Positions 33,401 through 39,329 of a DNA stretch of 45,266 nt are shown piece after piece. The notes beneath the pieces are model-generated. The model did no database searches, had not been told where the DNA came from, and saw only the letters and a program-made list of their open reading frames with translations. Source of the DNA: a virus (Duplodnaviria > Caudoviricetes); the IMG/VR virus record IMGVR_UViG_3300017778_001280, positions 1 to 45,266 of that record, one strand, 5' to 3'. The translations under genes were made by a program, and so were the position numbers. How positions within the stretch are numbered: the stretch's first letter is position 1; every line of letters starts with the position of its first letter.

Positions 33401-35166
33401 GGCGCTTCCGTTGGCGCAAGATTACTGCGTAATGCTTTTAGCGTTCCAATAGGATCAGTTCTTAACCCTTCATTGATCTGCATTATCTGTGCGGTGCCAA
33501 GCCTTTTGCCAATCTCAGATTGAGCAAAACGCTCCGGAGTCATTCTTCCTTTATTGGCGCTATCTTCTAAAGCCTCCAATTCAAAGTCAGCATCTTCCAA
33601 AGATAGTGGTTCAAAGCCTTCGTAAGCTGGGCTTTGCAACAACGTGTATTTAAATCCTGTTGGTACAGTAAACTCTGGCGTAGTAACTACAGCTTCTGGC
33701 GTTGTTACCGGAGCCTGTGGCTTAGTCACTGTAGGTGCAGATGGACCACCAGTAGGCGCTACTTGCTCACCAGTCTCTACGGGTTTACCCTCAAGCTCAC
33801 CCATCATCTGGCCTGTGTCTTGGCTCTCATCCAATACTTGCTGGATTAATTCAGTGCTTGGTGGTTGTTCAGTAACTACTGGTTCTGCGACTGCAGTTGG
33901 CGGTGTAACTTGCACACCATCAATGTCTACACTGCCGTCTTGTCTAGTAACTTTTGTAACAGGCTTTCCATCAACATCAACTGTCATAGTGCCGACAACT
34001 GGGCTAGTGGACGGAGGAGTTGTGGGTGCTGGCGCCATACCAGCGGGAGCTCCTTCATCTGGGGGAACTCCAAGTATTTGTTTGTTTTCTGCAAGCAAGC
34101 TCTCAAGGCCGCTTGGTGCTTGTCCAGTCTTACGAAGGCTACCAAAGCCTCCACCGACTGCACCCATACCAAAGCCAGCCAACATGCCCATGGCGGATGC
34201 TTCAGCAACGCCGTCCATGAGTGGCCTGTCCATGGCGTAGTTCATCCACATCTGCTCTTGCGCTGACTGTGGCAACTCCTCAAACACACCCTCAGAGATG
34301 CCAGAGCCCGTAGCTTTCAGAGCAAAGTCTCTTACTGATTTGCCAACGCCCTGCTTGGCTTGTCCGGCAGCTTGACTTGCACCACCAGCCAACAATGTAT
34401 CAATGTCATCAAGGCCAAGCTTGTTAGCCAACTTACCGCCAGCCGCACCAAATGCAGCTGTACCAACGCCAGAACCAACGGCAGATATAACCTGCTTACC
34501 AGACAACAACTTGTCTTTGGATTCCTGACGCATTTGCTCTGCAGCCGCGCCAGCACCAATCAAGCCTTCGCCTGCGGCACCAGCGGCTACAGCGCCAATT
34601 TTAGGAGCTACCTGCAATAAGCCTCGAGCAATACCAGCACCGCCAAGCATTTGTGGTATTGACTCACCAGCTGTCGTAAAGATAGTGCTGGGGTTTTGAA
34701 GAGCTGCTTTAGCTGTGGGTAAGAAACCTTGGGCTTCTCTAACCTTGCGATTAGCCGCTTGTTGAGCCTCAGACAAATATGTGTCGAGAATCTCTCTGGC
34801 TTCCTTGGGTTTAAAGCCAGCCTGCTCAAGAAGCTTACCGGCATAACCCATCGTGGGTAGATCAAGCAAACCAACAGCTGCTTCGGGTAAGCCAATAGCG
34901 CCCTTTAACAATGTGATGCCAACGTCCTTGGCTGTACCGCCTACTGTTCTTTCATATCCCTGTGCTTCTCTAGCCGCAACTTGAGCGCGGTACTCGTCCG
35001 CAGTCATTGTGTTTGGTGCGCGTGGAGCAATAGACTCAAGGCCGGCAGGGGCTGGGGCTGGAGCCGTCTGCGCTGAAAATTTACCGTATCGAGCAAGCAA
35101 CTCAGCTTGCGTGATTCCCTCTGGAACACCAGTAATCGTGGTGCCATCTGGCATCAAGACGTCCAT
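21481..35166 (-). CDS. Giant polyvalent virion protein (DarB/DdrB-like): LPD1-type zincin, N6-adenine methyltransferase, Strawberry-notch SF2 helicase, second zincin, LPD38-like C-terminus
   Basis: HEWQH (31324-31338), VLDPTGGNG and NPPFG (29881-29895), GDDTGVGKG (28282-28308), DEAH (27892-27903), QLLGRIHRTGQ, HEAIGH (24556-24573), NFNRKG (22589-22606); last gene of the ejection-protein cluster. Confidence 0.85.
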   Translation of the reverse strand: MDVLMPDGTTITGVPEGITQAELLARYGKFSAQTAPAPAPAGLESIAPRAPNTMTADEYRAQVAAREAQGYERTVGGTAKDVGITLLKGAIGLPEAAVGLLDLPTMGYAGKLLEQAGFKPKEAREILDTYLSEAQQAANRKVREAQGFLPTAKAALQNPSTIFTTAGESIPQMLGGAGIARGLLQVAPKIGAVAAGAAGEGLIGAGAAAEQMRQESKDKLLSGKQVISAVGSGVGTAAFGAAGGKLANKLGLDDIDTLLAGGASQAAGQAKQGVGKSVRDFALKATGSGISEGVFEELPQSAQEQMWMNYAMDRPLMDGVAEASAMGMLAGFGMGAVGGGFGSLRKTGQAPSGLESLLAENKQILGVPPDEGAPAGMAPAPTTPPSTSPVVGTMTVDVDGKPVTKVTRQDGSVDIDGVQVTPPTAVAEPVVTEQPPSTELIQQVLDESQDTGQMMGELEGKPVETGEQVAPTGGPSAPTVTKPQAPVTTPEAVVTTPEFTVPTGFKYTLLQSPAYEGFEPLSLEDADFELEALEDSANKGRMTPERFAQSEIGKRLGTAQIMQINEGLRTDPIGTLKALRSNLAPTEAPAAPEAPATSTTGSVTEPFVTNRRVAVVKEVNGVKVPFYISTGSGGKKNVPTGQWYPYFGNGPDGWFNKGSEEDINNFYNSPELKAAADELNTTIGDIRSQMGQLPTAQALGINPNEGLSPAANGDAKAVENIRNTIDRITKGRTVEKTPEAPVEEKPPEEKPADVVEQPAEEAPAEEKPAEEKPAEETPTEELVKPAEEKPAEGEPKPTGGPSAPAGGPSEPAGEAAPTGGAKEPKPPKVKLTEEEKIKAAEEKAKAEEEKKAADEQKKKLEEFNKQPMKVAMEEGNADQVSTLLYGNAVAEDLFPIIFPAEGLLRIPVDLPNVSKIEEALTKFGFRITDRSIPSATDDPSYTGPERVTISALYKPEKISIQGGGAEFVKNRKGKVTAPPAPKDATDSQISKMLAAVAKDTLLDIDSNKDNSFGAMMYKEGIVSFVMPASDYLLKAIKENRIVRVSDRTGSRQAIKLALEEGKQEEIQKLLQSYVDALQGLQAVFDSHARVGELDKALREKYIKDAEASGSSAKYTEDGLNLRNKLSANALVNLFNKMDGLFAANQDSTDQTNRIVKKETEVPPELGNIVRRGMRDHRQGRDVDTNDFVTTFGFFPGGIDFGNWVNQTERAAHLNAIYDTMYDLADVSGINPKMLGLGEKLKMAIGAQGRGGKTAAHYFPKLNEINLTKTKGDGSLGHEWQHGLDWNLQQTPNGKLLMSGTVSRLKKQIEIETVENYLKGVLRDTAGSTDNRNLPPKKAFFAAISNQGYWGTAPVIRDSDKTTQYFKDAQQLDQDEGREPRYWGTDVELLSRAFEAMLFDASKGGSPYLVGPTVADGYITKKNGYGGTIYPLGKERPKLNEVYKQMLTQIDPETLEVKTYKMDTKIVEIEDLGYAVLDQYNLDSGTSGGLVWFKTEDEAKRTKAARDGQERVLTPTDMQMSKVNQHIIDMAKRIDVIMEEMGLFKWPEIKNGSMAESMFYHMRQGWWPKNNRELAEYGIKAYLQNPELLGFNPAKDQREIERYKIADFEGDRVKLKQTQEDFEAAATRYISQVITDMRAQGSDTKAIYEYIVNLYQNQPTLDVQSVLSKSNNAYSTPLPIAFLAGMLARVKSTTTVLDPTGGNGMLVVAANPQNVTTIELDPHRAENMRLMQIGNVIDGDVFEKLKDLRDQEVDVVLANPPFGALSTPDNVPSWNGQNYKIGTLDQAIAAKSLRAMANNGRAVLILGAHPKPGTITSTDRVFLNWLYGNYNVADHYEIAGGLYRKQGANWPLRVLVIAGRNQTDNVYPIDSTVDRITTFDELWSRYVQTSDRSEQVVVGTGKKQPATGGANQPAGGVPTSGAVEDGGTGAGVGTTEGGGVGEQLPKTGRGTGTTAGGGRGTAGGAGTAEQQPDSGKGKRGGPSGVEAGGTQGGQDGGGGSGDELGGLSDLDLEALFKDINESLEEKETKGKREKPTGGARKPREAKEPGAKREPKAAAVDVSPEMQALVEELRIALTGKAPQVTKETTPENSPERLDKQVGEALGRIAQDTKNTSDDPNSGQYSRKGDQEYANVQPIIQKVWNLAGETISDFSARVKHIVNVLVPQLGKAIVAHIQTFIGSLRTVVQKRPKNQTPVQSEPIDTESRVVYLGKSRFASDGIYLPRAQSQHAYSALENLEAQVGNIDEFVASELGYPSVEKMAKGLAGYQIDGLALAIQANKLGKGFIIGDDTGVGKGRAAAAMIVWAKKNGKIPIFVTVNDSMYTSMYEDLINIGHEEFKIGMTNNNAIIQRNMGGGKIKTVFENKGKAGPDLMAYIKKNGELPKGMDVLFTAYSQLNGGAGSPQRQDAIASLVAQGKAVLIMDEAHNAAGIPSDSDSRGQNAFFMSLLTGIDLLGKDVETPEDWVPPPAVYLSATFAKRPDNMPLYIHTNLRYAANTPEELTNLFGKGVKTDVLQQVSSEMLVESGSMLRRERSYEGVKMDFVTDDANAPRDIREVDKVTTILRALVNADRALKEWSKDPSNQALIINTLGPPGSMLGKEGPTAFAEAKGNPFTSVVHNYIGTLLLSAKTQTAVDMVIDKMNNGEKVVVGLQNTNGSALDDFVAKNGIKIGDEIPNFGWQTLLQRAIDSTRKITLKSATGNPKDNVKVEIPYSLMPPSIRAGYDNLADMVKDFQSDLPVAPIDYMRTQLEGKYVWTADGKTNVGDAPPPGVKARRLVVKEITGRNTAVDYSGDKPKYMALSNPERTEMISSFQNGEESENGPIDVLIINSAGATGISLHASTEAFDQRPRHMVVLQPHGDISVFIQLLGRIHRTGQVEWPSFTMLATGIPAERRILAMLRKKLSSLKSNTSGGSSSTKVNGVDFINRYGDVATAEYLNEHADIRAFLAQQSFADPAEAAGSDLAHKASGTAGLLSSSDQQEFFDSIEASYLAEIELRNATGTNALERRVLPLNAEMIKENLIEEGLDSTNPFLSDVVMAQFNVDVIGSIPTQKNIEDDIAQALNGRTAQQVVEEIDTDLNTVFVEVRNQIILKQQALSAAIAAPGATEKDIAELTKQKEALDVQFATLGERREKTLSALRNQFAIGTGFDSFMINNVPAAAVVIGVKVDKSRIGKSKTGNPYSPSNFQIILKRNIPEGRVAPTLAALEGPSIERSQPMRRPPLDEFFALKSVTGGRTTRYIALGNILRAAQLFDKDGGEIAKFTLQNQTEEVSGVIMPVKYQPVAISDQPVRMRNANAAVQYTLAAWNEILRKKYDSTQMEDYKDIADSLGQYLLPNLPSFVPYAENSKNSYTTKVVRGANNIWTLTLDSYRPTGFRLSISGDAPKKFVTSIKGVSLAKKKGGPYEMSPRDVIADPVNLIALIKNLHKHYPATVEADAGQLAREVMKVEFDDSESKKGMFSRAIPEGGQSVEDVEAQIKAIKGINVKVVQSADNLPDAAAPADVEGAWFSGNTVYLVADNLPNAQRVQEVLAHEAIGHAALEGMLGKDLMKVMVQNVQELEKTSKVVQGIAAQVDRTQPGLSPERRAKEIVAMMAERGMQNSIIQRVIKAVRGWLRSSGFTLQFSDNDILALLQNAETFSGEMADATSEALYSRNFKGGPGALSTWEAADDLKLTDTLVYKFIDKHIDTKRVIEAINNESGRIEDNWNPYLKEELFHGRTAKQTTDFLKNDLRPLLQDMDKRGVTLEEFNKYLHARHAKARNAFILKRDPTNPAGSGLFDDEVDAYMDALDKTPELKKSYEQLAKKIDEIVTGTQELLVSSGLEKQSTIDTWRESLPFYVPLNREPDELDFINASSGMGQGFAVKGSFTKAAVGSLKSVSDIIGSLALARERAIVRAEKVRVGRALYALAIQNPNPNFWKPINPDAIKNKAKLIDEIVALGMNPNDANNIFQEPKTGAIDKKTGLVKYEINPNMRNSPNVLALRINGEDRYVFFNPGNPSAKRMVETLKNIGINDLDEVLGSVAEITRFMAAVNTQYNPVFGAWNFTRDLQGAAINLSSTPLADKKGQVIADSMTAVRAIYRVLRGKPATNPEMQKWMDLFERFQKAGGQTGFREQFSRGQGKDTIVARELGRLSRSNVKQAAYAVFDWLSDYNDALENAVRLASFKAALDKEMSEDQAASLAKNITVNFNRKGASTQTIAALYAFFNAAIQGTKRLVETLFTKDKTGKIKLSSLGKKIIAGGMFLGVMQTAILAMAGLGADEPPEWVKSKNLIIPVGDGKYLTIPMPLGFNVFPNVGRLIAEYMMVQAGAMNGRRDLQTTITNIFNAILGSVNPLGTSTFAQTLAPTIVDPFVAIAENRDAFGRPISREDKALAPSPGYERSRETANFVSQGLAYALNFITGGGDKGIGLVSPTADQISYVAGQYAGGVGKLVIQTGEFVKSQFTGEKVETYQIPVAGKLYGDIKTPAAIAGVFYENIKVMSNHERIIKDMKGKGVEAYYKESPEARLWRRANYVENEIARLKKEKKALKERDAPEAQIKRKDEAIKEKMDAFNKQVSKVQ
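29139..29513 (-). CDS. Candidate nested out-of-frame gene (124 aa) inside the giant gene
   Basis: GGAG-N5-ATG; acidic amphipathic-helical product; extent matches the Gly-rich linker of the host frame. Confidence 0.55.
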   Translation of the reverse strand: MFKPVIVANKSWWVPERNSQLLAVPINQPEEYQQAVRWKMEALAQEWGLQRAVESANNYLKQDGALELPLAEDEEQLVELVLLNSSRIAEKVNEGDPAVSKPAEPKEAKMAAEDQEMNWEDFLT

Positions 35167-35175
35167 ATTTACCCC

Positions 35176-36681
35176 TTATTTTGGCAGCTGGTCGAATGGT
35201 ACAGCAGTTGGCTTCACAGGGCTAGGGGGTGGCTTGGGTCCGTTGAAAAATTTATCCCAGAATCCTTGTGCTTCGGCTGGTTTTTCACCGGCAGCAGGTC
35301 GAGTTACTTGGGGTGGTGGTGCGATTCTGTAATTGCCTTTTGCATCTTTTGGATAGTAAGTTGAGGCAATGTCACGCATAGCGTCAAGAATCTTGTAATA
35401 CTCATCACTACCAACTTCAGTATCCTGCAGTTTCTTAGCCAATGTTTGGTAGGCTTTGTCAGCAGTGACGTTGGATTGGATTTTGCCAAGCAACTTGTCT
35501 TCAGCTGAAGGACGGTTTTCGCGGTCGTACTTAGCACGTTCAGCTGCAATTGCTTGTTGCTGTCTTTGATAATCTTCAACCGCTTTATTGTGACGAGCCT
35601 GTTCATCACGCTGTCTGCGTGTGTCTGCAAGCGAGAGAACGTCTTTAGCACGAAGACCCTTGATCTCTTGGATCTTGCCTTCGCGAGCATTGATTTGATC
35701 TTTAAGCTTGGCGGCCTCATCGAACCGACCTTCAGCAAACGCACGTTGCATCTGCTCTATGTCAGATTGGAGCTTCATTGTCTCAATGGTCTGAGCACGT
35801 TCCATTGCTTGCTGTTTAGCGGCGCGCTCCTCTTGTGCGGCTGTAGCGGCGTTATAGGACTTACCAAAGCCACCAAATGCGGCTCCAATGCCTCCCATGC
35901 CCTTCTGACCACGGGTAGCTTCACCAGCGGAGATTAACGCCTGTGATAAAGCGGCAAGACCTTGCCGGCCTTCACCCTCTTGGAACCTAGAACGTTGAGC
36001 TTGATTCTGTTCTTCAAGCTTTGCAGCCAATGCAGCTAACTTTTCTCCGGGAATCTTGTTAATCAAAGCGCCCATTTCTGGATTGGCTTCAACAAACTTT
36101 TTGCGTTCTTCATCACGGTTAACTGGCATAGGCAGGCCAACCTTACCCGCTAACTGATCTCTCATGATGGCGTTAGCTTCAGACTCTGGAAGCCCAACTA
36201 CATCACCCTCGGCAAACGCCACAATACCACCGGGCGCGTAGTTAAAGATGTCTTTACGAACAGGCAACTCAGCCAGTCCACCAGCGGCCATTCCGGGTGC
36301 GCCTGCTGGGATACCACCGGGTTTAGCCATCTGCTGTGGAGGCATAGGACGCGCCGCTGGTTGTACAGGCATCTTGGGCATCTGAGGAGCCATCTGGGGC
36401 TGTGCGGCAGGCATCGGTGGAGGCATGCCAGCGGGGTTCATTCGCATGTTCATACCCTGACCAATGCCGGGAAGTGCTACTTGTTGGCTTAACTCGCTCT
36501 CAAGTTTTTCTTTAACAGAGGAGTCGGGAGCTTGTGCGGCGCGTTGTTCCATGGCCTTGCGGCGATTCATCTCGCCAAGAGCCATGTACGGAGGAACCTG
36601 TGGGTTCTGCCCATTAGCGTAGGACATGATTGCCTGAGTAGGCAGATCCTTTAAGTGTTCTTGGATTTGAATAAGATTCAT
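35176..36681 (-). CDS. Putative internal virion/DNA ejection protein
   Basis: 501 aa, Ala/Gln/Pro-rich and coiled coil, MAAGG/YAPGG motifs; position before the giant gene. Confidence 0.7.
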   Translation of the reverse strand: MNLIQIQEHLKDLPTQAIMSYANGQNPQVPPYMALGEMNRRKAMEQRAAQAPDSSVKEKLESELSQQVALPGIGQGMNMRMNPAGMPPPMPAAQPQMAPQMPKMPVQPAARPMPPQQMAKPGGIPAGAPGMAAGGLAELPVRKDIFNYAPGGIVAFAEGDVVGLPESEANAIMRDQLAGKVGLPMPVNRDEERKKFVEANPEMGALINKIPGEKLAALAAKLEEQNQAQRSRFQEGEGRQGLAALSQALISAGEATRGQKGMGGIGAAFGGFGKSYNAATAAQEERAAKQQAMERAQTIETMKLQSDIEQMQRAFAEGRFDEAAKLKDQINAREGKIQEIKGLRAKDVLSLADTRRQRDEQARHNKAVEDYQRQQQAIAAERAKYDRENRPSAEDKLLGKIQSNVTADKAYQTLAKKLQDTEVGSDEYYKILDAMRDIASTYYPKDAKGNYRIAPPPQVTRPAAGEKPAEAQGFWDKFFNGPKPPPSPVKPTAVPFDQLPK

Positions 36682-37655
36682 GATTTCTGCCCTAAATCAA
36701 GACCAAGGCTGGTCAATAATTCGCCTACGTTTTTGTATCCTAATGCAGAAGCAGCTGCTGTACCGCCGCCTAATGTAGACAGCAGGGATCCAATACCAGA
36801 CATCTGTCCAGCAGTGTTAGTGACCGAGCCAGTAGGCAGGCCAGAGATCATGTCGCGCTGGAACTGTACTTGTTGGTATGGGAACTGGCGTTGCTTCTCA
36901 AATTCACCTAAGTCAGCCGCAATACCTTCTGAGGTAATGCCGCGCTCTTGTGCTCCGCCTGCAAGCTGTTGACCCAGATTAGCAAGGGTTGCTTGGTTTT
37001 GTATATTACCCAAGTTACCCTGAGTCTGAGCACCCTGCATACCAGCCTGTAGGCCTTGCAGACCAAAACCAGCACCATATTGAGCCTCTTGCATTTTGCG
37101 AGCTTGGTCAGCATTAAACTGTTGTTGCGCGTTGTTAAACGCAGTGTTATAGCCCTGACCTGTGATGTTGGCCAGATTAGTTCCTAGACTGCGCTGAGTC
37201 TCTGCATCTAGGATAGCCTGACGGCCACCACCAAACGCACCAGCCTGCGTCATCTTGCTGGCATTCTGAGCCTGAGTAATCTGTGACTGACGGCGAGCTT
37301 CATCCAACTGAGGATTAAGTGAAGCCTGCAAGTACGGGTTCATGTACTGCTGTGCCTGAGTAGCATCAAACGATTGAGTCGTTGGCGTGTAAGACAGATT
37401 GCCTGCTTTGGTAGCAAGGTTGCCTGCCGTAGTAGCCGCATCACCAATGCTTGATGGAACAGTCAAAGAGCCAAGACCTTGGAACGCCTGAGTTTGAAGA
37501 CCAGACTGGCCGGCAGTCAGCGGCCCTTGGTAGGCCTGATAGGGCGACTGGGACAGCGCTTGAGCCTGACCCAAGTAGTTAGTGATGTACGGCGAAGCCC
37601 AATCGGCTAGGCCTTGGGTGTTTGTCGATCCTGTAGGTAGGGTTTCTCCGGCCAT
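36678..37655 (-). CDS. Putative DNA ejection/transfer protein
   Basis: 325 aa, Gln/Gly/Ala-rich; QYMNPY, AGAFGGGRQA; hydrophobic Gly-rich C-terminus. Confidence 0.75.
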   Translation of the reverse strand: MAGETLPTGSTNTQGLADWASPYITNYLGQAQALSQSPYQAYQGPLTAGQSGLQTQAFQGLGSLTVPSSIGDAATTAGNLATKAGNLSYTPTTQSFDATQAQQYMNPYLQASLNPQLDEARRQSQITQAQNASKMTQAGAFGGGRQAILDAETQRSLGTNLANITGQGYNTAFNNAQQQFNADQARKMQEAQYGAGFGLQGLQAGMQGAQTQGNLGNIQNQATLANLGQQLAGGAQERGITSEGIAADLGEFEKQRQFPYQQVQFQRDMISGLPTGSVTNTAGQMSGIGSLLSTLGGGTAAASALGYKNVGELLTSLGLDLGQKS

Positions 37656-37664
37656 AACAACTCC

Positions 37665-39326
37665 TTAAGCGGGTAAGTATTTTTGCGCTTTGGTATCAGC
37701 AGCAACGTTTTTAGTCTTGCGGCGCGCTTTCTGGACGCGATCCATCATGGCGTATAGTTTCTTAGCGCCTGCTTCTGTAGAGCCGTTGCCTAGTTCAGAC
37801 ACGATTCTTGCCGGTACAACAAACTCACCTGTGGCCAAACGAGCTGGTTGTTTACCACCGATTGTCGCAGGAATTGAGTCAGACACACCATCACCGGGGC
37901 CTTTGAGTAGACGGCCACCATCTGAGTAACCACCTAGATCAGAGATGCCACCACCGCCGTACATCATTCCACCGCCTGCGGCCTTCTGCGTGTAGGTAGT
38001 GGGTGAAAAGTAATTAACGCCACCAGCTCCGGGACGCGCCTGTGAACCAGAGGCTGGGCCGTATGGGAGTTGTGAACGATTGGCCTGTAAAGATGGGATC
38101 GTGCCGCCTGAACCTGTAGATTTACCGCCACCCTTATTCATCATGGCCATCAAAGCCAACAACATCATAAGCATATTGTTGTCTTTTTTATTGGCAGCAG
38201 TTGCTTTAGCGCCTTGGTTTGTTTTGGTGTTGTCAATCGTCTTTGTCTCACGAATGATCTTATCTACACCGTCTTTAGTGGTGGTGATAGTCTTAGTGCC
38301 GTCAATAGTATTGGTAACAACCTTGTATGTGCCATCTTTGTTGTCAATGATGGTGCGACCGGGCGAGACAACAGATTGCTGGCCTGTAATGGTTGGGTTG
38401 TTAATGAAAGACTTTGGATCACCAATAGCGTACTTAGATCCAAGTGGATTGGCCGCACTGCTCTGTGCCAAGAACCCAGTCTCGCTTAAAGTTCCGCCTG
38501 TACCCTTGAATGGCGTCAAGCCTGCTTTATCGTATTGAGAGTCAAGGTACTTCTCAATATCAGGGAATTTGCCGGGGTTGTTCTTAACTAAACTGGTTAA
38601 AGCACTCTCGCTGTATTCAGCTGGGATGTACTTACTTAAACCCTGACCGCCGCCCATATTTTCCAAACTCATGCCACGAGTTGAGTCAGCTGAGAAGCCT
38701 TGGCCGTCTTCTGTCTCAAGGCCAGATCTCAAACCATAGTCTGCTGTTCCGGGTGTGTAACGGGCAATTTCTTCTTTAGTGCCAGAGCCAAGGAGGTCTT
38801 TAAGACTGGTAAATCCCTCGCCTGTAATGCCTGTTGCACCAGTGATTGGATCAACCATGGACAACTGGCCACGACCCGTAGACTTAAGACCAGTGCCGCC
38901 AGTTGTATCTTTTTCAAGATCAGCAAGGCTAATTCTTTTTGAGCCAAGACTACGGCTTAAAGATTCTCCATCCCCTGAATCTGTTAACTTTGATAAATCA
39001 AACGCGCCTTCGCCAGCATCCAGTCCTGTAGTGTCTATACCTAGACTTTCGCCAAAGTCACCTGCAATGTTGCTAAAGTCAATTTCTCTGCCGTCACCAC
39101 CGCCCAGCAAACTAGAGATATCAAAAGCCTCTGGGCCCATGTCTAAACCAGATAAATCAATTCCTTCATCACCACCAAGCAGGCTAGAGATGTCAAAAGC
39201 TTCTGGGCCCATATCAAAGCCACTGAAGTCAACCCCAGATGAGCCACTATCACCTAAGAAACTAGAAATATCAAAGGCACCTTCGCCAGCGTCAAGGCCA
39301 CCAAAGTCAAAGTCAAAATCACCCAT
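37665..39326 (-). CDS. Virion protein with N-terminal acidic Phe/Gly repeats and C-terminal GPGDGVSDSIPA...GEFV domain
   Basis: 553 aa; C-terminal motif typical of phage virion proteins; four LDxGxxAFDISS-like repeats. Confidence 0.72.
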   Translation of the reverse strand: MGDFDFDFGGLDAGEGAFDISSFLGDSGSSGVDFSGFDMGPEAFDISSLLGGDEGIDLSGLDMGPEAFDISSLLGGGDGREIDFSNIAGDFGESLGIDTTGLDAGEGAFDLSKLTDSGDGESLSRSLGSKRISLADLEKDTTGGTGLKSTGRGQLSMVDPITGATGITGEGFTSLKDLLGSGTKEEIARYTPGTADYGLRSGLETEDGQGFSADSTRGMSLENMGGGQGLSKYIPAEYSESALTSLVKNNPGKFPDIEKYLDSQYDKAGLTPFKGTGGTLSETGFLAQSSAANPLGSKYAIGDPKSFINNPTITGQQSVVSPGRTIIDNKDGTYKVVTNTIDGTKTITTTKDGVDKIIRETKTIDNTKTNQGAKATAANKKDNNMLMMLLALMAMMNKGGGKSTGSGGTIPSLQANRSQLPYGPASGSQARPGAGGVNYFSPTTYTQKAAGGGMMYGGGGISDLGGYSDGGRLLKGPGDGVSDSIPATIGGKQPARLATGEFVVPARIVSELGNGSTEAGAKKLYAMMDRVQKARRKTKNVAADTKAQKYLPA

Positions 39327-39329
39327 GGC

